Shown piece by piece: positions 42,279 through 51,798 of a DNA stretch of 61,846 bases. The stretch comes from a virus. The stretch covers positions 1 through 61,846 of IMG/VR virus record IMGVR_UViG_3300033566_000071. One strand, written 5' to 3'. The translations under genes and the position numbers were made by a program. How positions within the stretch are numbered: position 1 is the first letter of the stretch; the number at the start of each line of letters is the position of its first letter. Under the pieces are notes generated by a model that saw nothing but the letters and a program-made list of their open reading frames with translations, had not been told where the DNA came from and searched no databases.

Positions 42279-42725
42279 GTGGCCTATAACAAAAACACCA
42301 AGAGCCCTGCGAAAAATAGCGACGTTCCTGTGTTCACAGAAATTAGCGGCCTCGGACAGCTGAAAGCCGGCTCATATGTGGGCAAGGTGGCGTCCATCTA
42401 TAGAGGCGAAATTCAATTTGATGTCCTGCCAATTGGCTTTCATTGCGAGCGCCTTTCCATTCCAGAGCTAGAGGTGGGCGATGAGGTTGGGTTCGTTATT
42501 GGAGTTGACAAGAGGGGCCTTGCTGTGCGAAAAAATCGCAAGGGAGAATATGCACTTGTCCACCCTCATGAGCGCGACACTCCGGTGACAGGATGGCTCC
42601 CTTCTATAACGCAGCTTGTCGCATCCATTCCAGAGAGCGCAGCGTTAACCTCGCCCATAATTGCTTCTGTCACAAAGGATGGGGCTGTTCTCTACACGAA
42701 CGAAAACGCATACGTCGGAGCATAA
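42279..42725 (+). CDS. Hypothetical protein (GTG start)
   Basis: 148-aa ORF. An AGGAGG RBS lies 6 nt upstream of the GTG. Confidence 0.55.
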   Translation: MAYNKNTKSPAKNSDVPVFTEISGLGQLKAGSYVGKVASIYRGEIQFDVLPIGFHCERLSIPELEVGDEVGFVIGVDKRGLAVRKNRKGEYALVHPHERDTPVTGWLPSITQLVASIPESAALTSPIIASVTKDGAVLYTNENAYVGA

Positions 42726-42727
42726 GA

Positions 42728-45049
42728 ATGTCGAATTCGCAAGAATTAATTTCTCCGTACACATGGCTTGGCGTAGCCCCCACTCCGATCCCAAAGGAGC
42801 ATCTCAACCTCGAAGGAGGCGCGGCCCTCCTCTCCTACCTATCAACCCTCCCCGAGGGCAGCCTCCTCCATTTCGACTTTGAAACGAATGGCCTCAAGTA
42901 TTGGGCCAGAGACTTCCGTATTGTGGGCCTAGGGCTCTGGCATGTGGGCGAGGAATATCCCGCCTACCTAAGGCTCGACACTATTGTGGGCGACAAAACC
43001 AAAGCCCTCTGGCTTGTGCAGCTACTCTCGCAATATCGGTTAAGCGCCTACAACCTTGTCTTCGATGGAGGGTGTTTCTTTGCCCTCAACCGCACTTTAG
43101 GCAAAAAATCGCTACCTGATAGCGAAATATTAGATTGCTTGACGGCTTGCCCCCTCACCCTTTTTCGTATGCTGGCCAATGAAGGTAAGCAATCTCATAG
43201 CCTTGAAACCGCACAGAAGAATTTCTTTGGCTGGGACGATAGCCAAAAGGGTTGGCTCAAGGAGCTCCTCGCTTCAAACAACTTATCTAAGGGCGAAATG
43301 TGGAAGCTCCAAGATATTGATCCAAATGGCTTTGCCTACTATTGCGCAGTTGATAGTTATGCCTGCGGGAAGGTGTGGCAGCATCTTGTCAGCGAATGCC
43401 AGCGCATCAATAACCTCGGGCCAGTGAAGTTTCACATGAGAGAGGGTGTCGCCCAAATAAGGGAGCTCATTGAGGCGGCCTACACAGGCATACGGGTGAA
43501 TGTGGATAAGCTCCGGGTGTTCATGCTCGCCCAATTCAAGGAAACGGCACGGCTCGAAGAGCAGCTCCGAACCCATCCTATGATTGCTCACCACATAGCC
43601 GGCTGGGAAAAGAGGGCCTGGGACGAGACATTTGTCGTTCGCATCACGGAGCGTAAAAAGGTTTATAAGGATAGTGAAATTGTCAAGGCCCTTTTGACAA
43701 AAGCCAAGGCCGACACATCCCTTCTGCCTGACATTTTGGAGATTGAAGAGGAAATAGAAGAGAGCTATAAGGGCCGCACACAGGCTACACCGATTCATAT
43801 TGATGGAGACAACCTAATCAATCGGAGCTATTCTCTGCTCCTTGAAGGCAGTAATAAAAAGCCGCCCCGCTTTAATCTAGCTTCGAGCGCACAGCGCGAG
43901 TGGCTCTTTTATACGGCCATGGGATCGGCAGAGCGCATCATAGATGAATTCGAAAGGGACGTGTACAAATACACCATGAACGACGGGCGAATTGTCTACC
44001 TACCTCCGACAAAAAAGGGCAATAAACCCACCGGAAAAGAAATCTTTCCTGTCCTGGGCGAGCTCGGGGATGTCTTTAAGAAATACAAAAAAGCCCAAAA
44101 GCTTGTCGAATATGCCGTATCATATTATGCGGCTGCCCTTGAGCACAAAGACGGAAAGAGCCACGGCATCATCCATCCGACATTTAGCCCCAATGGTACA
44201 CACACAGGGCGCCTCTCTGCAAATGGTGGCATAAACGCAGCCCAGCTGCCAAAGGTGGAGGCGTTTCTCGAATGCTTTGAAGCCTTTCCTGGCAAAATAT
44301 TTTATGATTTCGATTTCACGGCGCTCGAGAAAGTGGTGCAGGCAGAATTTAGCAAGTGCCCTGCTCTGAGAAGTCTGTATGCTTCTGGGAAAACGCATGA
44401 TGTGCATTTATTCAATACTAAATCCATTCATCCAGATCCAGAAATAAGAAGTCAGATAGAACAAGCTTATACCCCAGATAAAGAAGTTTTGGATAAGCTA
44501 GCTAAACAATTCAAAGCGGCTCGTACTCTTGGTAAAGGGGTCGGATTTTCCCTAGACTATGGAGCTGGTAAATATAAAATATTTCGCTCACTCACCAATC
44601 AAGGATTTCCTGTCACCTATAGCGATGTTGAGCAGATGGTTGATGCGTATAAAACACTCTACAAGGCCGTCTATAAATTCGGCTATGATTTGCAGAGAGA
44701 GTGGGACAACAACGGCGGCGTCATTGAAAACGGCCTAGGATTTCCCATCAGCATTCCAGAGCGCTATAAACACGACACAAATTCGCGCTTCGTTCAGAAT
44801 ACGGGACATTACATGCTCATGATTGCCAACTACTATATTTGGAAAATGCGTCAAGAGAATAATATAGAACGCCCAGTAATTCCAGATTTGCATGATGAGC
44901 GTATCGGAGAAGGATTGCCTGAAGACGCTGAGCGTATTATGGCTATGTATCAAAAGGGTGTGGATATGCTGAACGAACAGCTACAGCCAGAAATTCCTTT
45001 CACAATTAGCTTCGCATCGGGGCCTACCCTGTGGCACATAAAAAAATAG
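42728..45049 (+). CDS. polA: Family A DNA polymerase with 3'-5' exonuclease domain
   Basis: Exo motifs FDFETNGL, NLVFDGG and YYCAVDSY. Pol motif A DFDFTALEKVV, motif B RTLGKGVGFSLDYGAG and motif C PDLHDE. Start set at MSNSQEL, directly after the upstream stop. Confidence 0.92.
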   Translation: MSNSQELISPYTWLGVAPTPIPKEHLNLEGGAALLSYLSTLPEGSLLHFDFETNGLKYWARDFRIVGLGLWHVGEEYPAYLRLDTIVGDKTKALWLVQLLSQYRLSAYNLVFDGGCFFALNRTLGKKSLPDSEILDCLTACPLTLFRMLANEGKQSHSLETAQKNFFGWDDSQKGWLKELLASNNLSKGEMWKLQDIDPNGFAYYCAVDSYACGKVWQHLVSECQRINNLGPVKFHMREGVAQIRELIEAAYTGIRVNVDKLRVFMLAQFKETARLEEQLRTHPMIAHHIAGWEKRAWDETFVVRITERKKVYKDSEIVKALLTKAKADTSLLPDILEIEEEIEESYKGRTQATPIHIDGDNLINRSYSLLLEGSNKKPPRFNLASSAQREWLFYTAMGSAERIIDEFERDVYKYTMNDGRIVYLPPTKKGNKPTGKEIFPVLGELGDVFKKYKKAQKLVEYAVSYYAAALEHKDGKSHGIIHPTFSPNGTHTGRLSANGGINAAQLPKVEAFLECFEAFPGKIFYDFDFTALEKVVQAEFSKCPALRSLYASGKTHDVHLFNTKSIHPDPEIRSQIEQAYTPDKEVLDKLAKQFKAARTLGKGVGFSLDYGAGKYKIFRSLTNQGFPVTYSDVEQMVDAYKTLYKAVYKFGYDLQREWDNNGGVIENGLGFPISIPERYKHDTNSRFVQNTGHYMLMIANYYIWKMRQENNIERPVIPDLHDERIGEGLPEDAERIMAMYQKGVDMLNEQLQPEIPFTISFASGPTLWHIKK

Positions 45050-45060
45050 AGGAGAAGAGT

Positions 45061-45606
45061 ATGACGGTTGTTATTAATTTATTTGGCGGCCCTGGCTGCG
45101 GAAAATCGACACTAGCGGCAGAGTTATTTGTTGCATTCAAGCGGCAGGGTAAAAATGTGGAACTAGTGCGTGAGTATGTGAAAGATTGGGCATGGGCGAA
45201 TAGGAAAATAGGTATATACGACCAACTGTACATATGCGGTAAGCAGTCACATAAGGAAGTATCGCTATATGGAAAGGTGGATGTGATTATAACAGACAGC
45301 CCACTGCTACTGGGGCCATTCTACCAGGAATACTATAGTGGAACTGAATCATACGTTCTTCCAGCTGTCTCAGGACTGCTTAGTCAAGCCTCGCGCAGTG
45401 GTGTGAAACATCTAAATTTTCATCTATCGAGAGAAAAAAAATATAATCCAGCTGGGCGCTATGAAACAGAAGAGCAGGCTGTAACAATTGACAATGCTAT
45501 AGCTACTTTTCTAATCAGAAATGGTGTTAAGCTTGAATTCGTGACCGCCCCGGATAGCGAGAAATGCTCTACCATACAGGGGGTTGTGGGCGAATGGCTA
45601 AAATGA
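45061..45606 (+). CDS. P-loop NTPase, (deoxy)nucleotide kinase-like
   Basis: Walker A NLFGGPGCGKSTLA and Walker B-like VIITDSPLLL. 181 aa. Confidence 0.6.
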   Translation: MTVVINLFGGPGCGKSTLAAELFVAFKRQGKNVELVREYVKDWAWANRKIGIYDQLYICGKQSHKEVSLYGKVDVIITDSPLLLGPFYQEYYSGTESYVLPAVSGLLSQASRSGVKHLNFHLSREKKYNPAGRYETEEQAVTIDNAIATFLIRNGVKLEFVTAPDSEKCSTIQGVVGEWLK

Positions 45607-46127
45607 CACCGGCCGAGAAAAAGGCCAAGGCAAAAGCCAAGAATAAAGAGAAGGCCCTTGACCTTGCCGCAAAGGGACCAGAGAGTGAGCATTTCGCGGC
45701 CTGGATCAAAAGCTCACTACGTTCGCTTTCGCGCAAGTGGCCAAGCTATTACATGCTTTATTCCCTCTCGCCCAGTAAGATGATTAGGGCAGAGACAAGT
45801 AGGCCTGGGCTCTTTAAGGTGATGAGGCATTGGCAATGTGCGGATTGTGGCAACTGGTTTCAGAGAAAGCTTTTACATGTCGATCATAAGATTGATGTAG
45901 GCTCTCCTGGAAGCTCACCAGAGGAGCTTGGGCGAATGGCCTATCGCCTTTTCGCCACCATCAAAAGTATGCAGCTCCTTTGTGCGTACAGGCTGACAGA
46001 TAAGCGCTTTTCCATTAGAAGCTGCCATACAAAAAAGACGCATGGAGATGGGCCGCAGGGGCCAAAAGAGAAGGCCAAGAAAACGAAGCCCAAAAAGAAG
46101 GCCGTAAAGCGTGTCAAAAAAGCTTAA
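45603..46127 (+). CDS. HNH-family nuclease-like protein with Lys-rich termini
   Basis: ATGA-coupled start. Motifs WQCADCGNWF..LLHVDHKIDVG and LLC..SCHTKKTH. Confidence 0.55.
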   Translation: MTPAEKKAKAKAKNKEKALDLAAKGPESEHFAAWIKSSLRSLSRKWPSYYMLYSLSPSKMIRAETSRPGLFKVMRHWQCADCGNWFQRKLLHVDHKIDVGSPGSSPEELGRMAYRLFATIKSMQLLCAYRLTDKRFSIRSCHTKKTHGDGPQGPKEKAKKTKPKKKAVKRVKKA

Positions 46128-47487
46128 CATTTTGGATTTTGTGCCGGAAGGCTGGGAGCTTACGTCAGGGCAGCGTTCGCTTCTCCTTCGATATGCCGAT
46201 GTGCCTGATTTTGTCAGGGTGGTGGCCATAAGGGCGCCCGTTGCCTTTGGAAAATCTCTGGTGAATTACATTATCGGAATGTATGAAGCTCATAAGCGTG
46301 GCGTTCCATCCACAATTTTGAACAGGGACAACTCCCTAAACTATCAATACCAAAATGATTTTCCTTCCCTCCATCCAGCCCCCTATAGGGGAGCTCACAG
46401 CGATCGTGATTGGGAGCAAGCCAAGCACAACTACCGCAAGTCGCCTCTCAGAATAGCAAATTTCTATTCTCACCTGAGCCTGCGCGACTATCCCGAATGC
46501 CTCATCATTGACGAGGGCCACCAGACAATTGGCGTTCTCCAAGAATTTGAAGGAATTAAGCTATGGAGACATCTCACGGGTATGCCCGATGAAGTGGTGA
46601 CACTTGTCGATTTTGTCAAATGGGCGAGCCGTGAAGTGGATGAGGAGGGGGCGCACGCGCATGTAAAGAAAAGTCTAAAGCTAATTGAGCGCGACGCTGA
46701 CAATATGAGCTATGAATTTGGCGCCGAAACCTATAGGGGCACAGAGCAAGAATTTTTGAAGCTATTTCCGCTCACGCCGAAGAATTCTCGCCCAGTGATG
46801 TGGCCACCCGCAAAGGTGAAGCGTATCGTCCTTACGTCCGCCACACTTGCTCCCGATGACATCATAGATATGGGCCTAGGTAAAAGCCCAGCACGGTGGC
46901 TAGATTGCGAAAGCCCCATTCCGGTCGAAAACAGGCCATGTGTCTATGAGCCCTCGGGGAATATGTCCTTTTTCACCGCGCAGCGCGATATTGGAAAAAT
47001 GGCCGACACCATTGCTGAGCTTGCAGAAAGGCATGAGGGGCGAGGCCTTTTGCACACCACCTATCAGCTGAGCGGGTCTTTGCTGGCACGCTTGCGGGCA
47101 GATCCGCGCACTTCGTCCCGAATAATGGGCCACACGAAGTGGGACAAGAATGTGAAATATAAGCAGTGGCTTGCAAGCGACGATGGAATTCTCCTGGCTT
47201 CCGGCATGGCCGAAGGGCTTAGCCTCAATTACGACCTAGCCCGGTGGCAATGCATCACCAAAATTGTCTGGCCCAATAAAACCGATAGGGCTGTTGCGGC
47301 AAAAATGGAGCAGCGTAAGGACTGGTATGCATGGGAAACACTAAAGCTTGTAATGCAGCAATATGGAAGGGTTTGTAGGCGTCCAGATGATTTTGGCGTC
47401 ACCTACATTCTAGATGAGCAATTCGAGAACTTGTGGCGCAAGGCAGAGCACTTGGCCACTCCTTGGTTTGTGGAGGCACTGCAATGA
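46111..47487 (+). CDS. DinG/Rad3-like (DEAH-type) helicase
   Basis: Motifs IRAPVAFGKS, LIIDEGHQ, VLTSATL, LASGMAEGLSL and QQYGRVCRRPDDFGVTYILD. Confidence 0.75.
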   Translation: MSKKLNILDFVPEGWELTSGQRSLLLRYADVPDFVRVVAIRAPVAFGKSLVNYIIGMYEAHKRGVPSTILNRDNSLNYQYQNDFPSLHPAPYRGAHSDRDWEQAKHNYRKSPLRIANFYSHLSLRDYPECLIIDEGHQTIGVLQEFEGIKLWRHLTGMPDEVVTLVDFVKWASREVDEEGAHAHVKKSLKLIERDADNMSYEFGAETYRGTEQEFLKLFPLTPKNSRPVMWPPAKVKRIVLTSATLAPDDIIDMGLGKSPARWLDCESPIPVENRPCVYEPSGNMSFFTAQRDIGKMADTIAELAERHEGRGLLHTTYQLSGSLLARLRADPRTSSRIMGHTKWDKNVKYKQWLASDDGILLASGMAEGLSLNYDLARWQCITKIVWPNKTDRAVAAKMEQRKDWYAWETLKLVMQQYGRVCRRPDDFGVTYILDEQFENLWRKAEHLATPWFVEALQ

Positions 47488-48104
47488 ACTACGCAAAGCA
47501 GGCTTGGATCGACTCAATAAAGGTGGACTATACGGATAAACTATCAGCCGCTGAAGCAAAGTGGCTCCGTGAATTCAACCTAAAGCAGCGCTGGAGTGGC
47601 GAGGATGCACTGAATAGGTATGATAACATTTATACAGTGGGGCATAAACTGGAGGATGGTTGGGAATACACTGTGCCAGACACATCCAACCCAGAAGCCA
47701 TCGTTTCCACACTAGAAGAAATAGCGCTAGGATATGTCCCAGAAGAGCAACCTGAACCCAAGCAGTGGATAAAGCCCCTTGTTGGGCGCTATTATGATAG
47801 GGATATGAAGAGGGGTTATTGCTGTCTGCTGCCTAAGGTAGGTGGCCTTGACGCTCCCGCTGTGCGCTATCGTAGTATGTTAGACGCCTGTTACAACCCA
47901 CACTCCAAACGTTACAAATCCTATGGGGCAAAAGGAATTAGAGTTTGTGGTAGGTGGTTTTATTCTTATGGGGCATATGTGCATGACATAGGCACTTTTG
48001 TTGAAAACGGCATACTAGGACTGATTGATAGGACGAAGGATTTTGGGCCAGACAATGTGGAATGGAAGGCTGTCATATACAAGAAAAAGAAGAAAGTTTC
48101 TTGA
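47484..48104 (+). CDS. Hypothetical DNA-binding-type protein
   Basis: ATGA-coupled start. C-terminal YRSMLDACYNP..YKSYGAKGIRVCGRW motif, common in small phage nuclease-associated DNA-binding domains (from memory). Confidence 0.5.
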   Translation: MNYAKQAWIDSIKVDYTDKLSAAEAKWLREFNLKQRWSGEDALNRYDNIYTVGHKLEDGWEYTVPDTSNPEAIVSTLEEIALGYVPEEQPEPKQWIKPLVGRYYDRDMKRGYCCLLPKVGGLDAPAVRYRSMLDACYNPHSKRYKSYGAKGIRVCGRWFYSYGAYVHDIGTFVENGILGLIDRTKDFGPDNVEWKAVIYKKKKKVS

Positions 48105-48130
48105 CATTACACCTGTTTTGCATTTATACA
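48101..48130 (+). promoter_or_regulatory. Sigma70-like promoter candidate, TTGACA-N17/18-TATACA
   Basis: TTGACA at 48101..48106 contains the upstream stop codon. TTATAC/TATACA lies at 48124..48130. An AAGGAG RBS and the ATG at 48154 follow. Confidence 0.4.
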
Positions 48131-48153
48131 ACCACTTCAATAAAGGAGACTTT

Positions 48154-49764
48154 ATGGCAGACGAAATTAGCACAGCAAATACTTGGCTCACACAACCGCA
48201 GCTTGAGTGGCTCAAAGAGCATAGGTTTGACGGCTCATGGGAAGACGTTGCTAAGGCCTTTAACAAGGAATTCAAAGAAAAGCGTTCTGTTGATGCCGTT
48301 CGCCTGACATTTGGCCGGCACAAAGACACCGATCTTTCCGGCGGAGACTTCGGATGGTGGACACGTGGAGCCTTCGAGCAATCGACTGAATTCCGTCATT
48401 CCAAAGCCCGATACGCAGTGACGGGCATTATGCCCCTTCACACCATCCATAAAGACGGGTATGCCTACACCTACAATCACGTCAATATGAATGCTTTCCG
48501 CACACTTCTGAATGAATATAATACAAATGAGCAGAGGCCCGTCCTCCTTCCTATGAAGGCCCACACAGCTCCTTTGGAAAAAAGCCCAAGCATCTATGAT
48601 CCGGCCCTAACGCCATGGAAAGAATGGTTTACATCTGAAGCCACCTTCAACCAAAACCTACGCGCCATTGACATGCGTATCAATCCGCAGCAAATTCAGC
48701 CGTTGACAGCGATGGAGCACGCCGACTTTGATAGCTCTGTCCTCATAGCCTCGCCCAGGCAGCACCTTGAGGTGGCCGCTACAGGCAACTCTACCCATCC
48801 GCGCATCATTATGAGCTCGGGCGTCATCAATTTCCCAGGCTATCAGCCAAACCGAATTGGGCGATTGGCAGAGAAGGCTCACAAAATGGGCGCTATTCTG
48901 ATTGAGACAGACGGCAATGTTTTCCACCAGCGTAAAATTCAGTTTGATATGGACGGGGGCTATTATGATCTTAATCAATATCATCATTTCGATGGTAACT
49001 CTTCGAGTAGAGTTGAGGCCCTTATATTTGGTGACATCCATTTTGGCCAGGGAAACCCGGAGCTAATGAAATGTGCAATTGAACTCATTCAGCTCCTCAA
49101 GCCGCGCATCCTGGTTTTCCATGACGCCTTCGATGCCCTGTGCATCAACCATCACGTCAATATGGTGGATAAAATTCTGCGGCCTTCTTGGGCGAAGGAT
49201 TTGGATACGGAAGCCGCAATAGTGCGCCAGCATATGAATGCGTTAAAGGAGGCTGCTCCAGCCGACTGCCGTATTTATTGGGTGGACTCCAATCATAACG
49301 ACTTTTTGTCTCGCTATTTGAAGAACAAAAGCTATTTCAATGACGAGAGAAACTTTAAGCGGGCCCATGAGCTGCAGCTGGTGCTGCTGAACGGAGGAAA
49401 CCCCGTCGCCCACCTTCTCAATTTGCCATACATCACCTACCTTGGCCCAAATGATGACCTTTTTGTCAAAGGAATTCAGCTGGCCAACCATGGGCATAGC
49501 GGCGTAAATGGCGCACGTGGAACCCGCGCAACAGTGGGTAAGAGTGCTCCTAAGCTTGTCACCGGCCATACTCACACTCCTTTTGAAAAGGGTGAGCACA
49601 CAGGCCTTGGTATGTGGACCAACCCCCGGCACGGCTATAATAATGGCGCGAGTACATGGCTACCTTCCGCTGGCATTATCCATCCAGATGGATCAAGGCA
49701 GCAAATCATTGCCATCCGAAAGCCTGGGACACAATCGAAATATCTTTACCGATTGGAGGACTAA
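48154..49764 (+). CDS. Calcineurin-like metallophosphoesterase with about a 300-aa N-terminal extension
   Basis: Motifs LIFGDIHFGQG, WVDSNHNDF, LANHGHSG and LVTGHTHTP. Confidence 0.7.
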   Translation: MADEISTANTWLTQPQLEWLKEHRFDGSWEDVAKAFNKEFKEKRSVDAVRLTFGRHKDTDLSGGDFGWWTRGAFEQSTEFRHSKARYAVTGIMPLHTIHKDGYAYTYNHVNMNAFRTLLNEYNTNEQRPVLLPMKAHTAPLEKSPSIYDPALTPWKEWFTSEATFNQNLRAIDMRINPQQIQPLTAMEHADFDSSVLIASPRQHLEVAATGNSTHPRIIMSSGVINFPGYQPNRIGRLAEKAHKMGAILIETDGNVFHQRKIQFDMDGGYYDLNQYHHFDGNSSSRVEALIFGDIHFGQGNPELMKCAIELIQLLKPRILVFHDAFDALCINHHVNMVDKILRPSWAKDLDTEAAIVRQHMNALKEAAPADCRIYWVDSNHNDFLSRYLKNKSYFNDERNFKRAHELQLVLLNGGNPVAHLLNLPYITYLGPNDDLFVKGIQLANHGHSGVNGARGTRATVGKSAPKLVTGHTHTPFEKGEHTGLGMWTNPRHGYNNGASTWLPSAGIIHPDGSRQQIIAIRKPGTQSKYLYRLED

Positions 49765-49767
49765 TAG

Positions 49768-50133
49768 ATGTGGAAATCGATCGACATCAATTGCCCAGAG
49801 TGCGGTGTTGTCGCCCAAACTGTAGACGTTCCTTCGGGGACGTCCCTTCTCGATAGCTATGAATGCGAGCTGTGCGGTACGATGAGCCCGCGCAAAATTA
49901 GCTTTACAATTGCAAAACAGGATATTCAGGAGAAGACGCATGGTGGTGAGTTCATTGGAACAAAATATGTGTCCAAATCAACAGCCTCATACAACCGCAC
50001 AAAAGAGCAGCTTGACATTAAGAAGAAAATGGCCGAAGAGAAAAAGCGCGGAAACAAGGAAGGCTTTGTAGACGCTGCAATGGCCCTTAGCAGAAAGCAA
50101 GAAGAAGCTGTCAAACGAATTGGAAAGGACTGA
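49768..50133 (+). CDS. Zinc-ribbon protein with K/E-rich tail
   Basis: Contains CPECG...CELCG. GGAGGA RBS. Confidence 0.6.
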   Translation: MWKSIDINCPECGVVAQTVDVPSGTSLLDSYECELCGTMSPRKISFTIAKQDIQEKTHGGEFIGTKYVSKSTASYNRTKEQLDIKKKMAEEKKRGNKEGFVDAAMALSRKQEEAVKRIGKD

Positions 50134-50136
50134 AAT

Positions 50137-50628
50137 ATGGCGCATGAATTTAAAATGGGCGATAGGGTTATAATAAATAGCAATAGACTATCAGGAACTA
50201 TAGGTACAATAGGCAGTAACGTGTATGGTGTTGAGCTAGACGATGGTTATATCTATTGGTGCACTGCCGATGACCTAACGGCGAAGCCTTCGCGCCCTCC
50301 AGTGAGCCCTCGTATCACAACCAAAGAAGACTATGCAGCATTTGTCAAAGACAAACTGGAAGGACTTCAGACGCTTATAAAGCAAAAGAACACCGACTAT
50401 AGCCCAGGCAATGACGCTTTCCTCAATTTTCGTACAAGCGAAGAGCTTGGCATTAGTGCATTCGCTGGCGCGAACGTGCGCCTACTTGACAAAGTGATGA
50501 GGATTAAGGCATATGTCAAAAGCGGAAACCTTGTCAACGAAAGCATCGAAGACGCCTATCTCGACCTCATTGGCTATAGCCTTATTTGCCTGGGACTTTT
50601 AGAAGAAGAAAAGAGGAAAAAAGCATGA
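50137..50628 (+). CDS. SH3/KOW-like N-domain fused to a DUF1599-like (MazG-related all-alpha) domain
   Basis: N-terminus FKMGDRVIINSNRLSGTIGTI. C-terminus KQKNTDYSPGNDAFLNF, VRLLDKVMRIKAY and ESIEDAYLDLIGYSLICLGLL. The family name is from memory. Confidence 0.55.
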   Translation: MAHEFKMGDRVIINSNRLSGTIGTIGSNVYGVELDDGYIYWCTADDLTAKPSRPPVSPRITTKEDYAAFVKDKLEGLQTLIKQKNTDYSPGNDAFLNFRTSEELGISAFAGANVRLLDKVMRIKAYVKSGNLVNESIEDAYLDLIGYSLICLGLLEEEKRKKA

Positions 50629-50996
50629 GTATTTTGCTTCATTACGGATCGCATCTTCCTTCCATTCTCTCAACTCTGAGCATTCATGGGCTTCGGTTTA
50701 AGAATGTGGATGGATTTGAGCTGAAAGCGGAAGCTGGCAGCATTATCATCTCTGTCCCAGGTGGCCTTAAAATCAAAAAGGGCGACAATAAGATTGAGCT
50801 ACCCACTCTTCTTATGACAAATGCAGCCGCCTTTGTTGAGCCGAGCGATGAACTATTGGAGGCGGCGGCATCTATTAGAGGCCGAATTCTACACACCAAT
50901 CCAGAAAGCGCCCCAGTGCTTTATGTTCTGGCCACCGAGGCCACAACCGTCTATTCTCTCGCCCACGTTTCTCTTCTCAAAGGAGGATTTAGATAA
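50625..50996 (+). CDS. Hypothetical protein
   Basis: ATGA-coupled start at MSILLHYGS. 123 aa. Confidence 0.55.
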   Translation: MSILLHYGSHLPSILSTLSIHGLRFKNVDGFELKAEAGSIIISVPGGLKIKKGDNKIELPTLLMTNAAAFVEPSDELLEAAASIRGRILHTNPESAPVLYVLATEATTVYSLAHVSLLKGGFR

Positions 50997-51256
50997 TGGA
51001 AAAGCTACCTATTATGCTGACCAATTTGGAAGCCGATAAGAAGGCTCTTATGGAACGCGGACAAGAGTTGACCGCCTCATTCAATCAGCAGATTACGGCC
51101 ATCAACCAGGAGCTTCAGCGTATTGACGGGGCCCTTTCTGCCCTGAAAATGCTGGCAGCTGGCCACACGACAAGAGAAGAGGCTCAGGCAGCTGAAATAG
51201 CTGCTGACGCAGTTCTCGACGCCCTCGTAATTGACGCCCAGCCTGAGGCTCAATAA
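50996..51256 (+). CDS. Hypothetical coiled-coil protein
   Basis: 86-aa ORF. Confidence 0.55.
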   Translation: MEKLPIMLTNLEADKKALMERGQELTASFNQQITAINQELQRIDGALSALKMLAAGHTTREEAQAAEIAADAVLDALVIDAQPEAQ

Positions 51257-51483
51257 TGGCAGGCCCATCTCTCAGAGGGCTTCGCACAAAGCCCAAAGAG
51301 GTGAAGGGAAAAAGCGCGCTGAAAGCAGCGCATGTCGCGTGGACAGAGCTTGTTCCCTATGTGCATGATATTGAAGAGAGGCTTACAGGAATTGAAAAAA
51401 AGCAGGAGCAGCTTTTGTTCCTTCTTTCGCAAATTGTAACGGATGTGTCGGAGCGCCGAGGCGCGCCGAAGGGAGGCCGATAA
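51256..51483 (+). CDS. Hypothetical protein
   Basis: 75-aa ORF. Confidence 0.55.
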   Translation: MAGPSLRGLRTKPKEVKGKSALKAAHVAWTELVPYVHDIEERLTGIEKKQEQLLFLLSQIVTDVSERRGAPKGGR

Positions 51484-51725
51484 TGTTTTACGTTGAAATG
51501 GGCGACGAGCATGTGAATAGTGTTGCTGTCAAAATTCCTAACATCGTAAGTGTCGAGGAACATGACGGGGCCTGTAAGCTTAGCCTCTCGAATGGACATG
51601 AGGTTGTGGTGGGTTCTTCTTTCGAAGAAATGCTCAGTATGCTAGATCAAATGGGACTTCCTGCCGTGTCGAAAGAAAAGAAGCCTGCTATTGAGCTGGC
51701 ACCCCCTCCCAAAATCATTACCTAA
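51483..51725 (+). CDS. Hypothetical protein
   Basis: 80-aa ORF. Confidence 0.55.
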   Translation: MFYVEMGDEHVNSVAVKIPNIVSVEEHDGACKLSLSNGHEVVVGSSFEEMLSMLDQMGLPAVSKEKKPAIELAPPPKIIT

Positions 51726-51798
51726 AGGTAATGCCCTTCGGGGAATCTCACATAAACTCTCGCCTAAAGGCTTGCGTTTGATGCGCTTGTACGCTACA

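Noticed and set aside
42593-42727. Upstream extension of the DNA polymerase ORF given by the ORF track.
   Set aside because: The extension overlaps the 3' end of the 42279..42725 gene in another frame. The ATG at 42728 follows that gene's stop directly and gives a sensible polymerase N-terminus. The same reasoning was applied to the other trimmed starts: 45061, 45603, 47484, 48154, 50625, 52751, 54379, 55161, 31299, 34371 and 36391/36600/37060.
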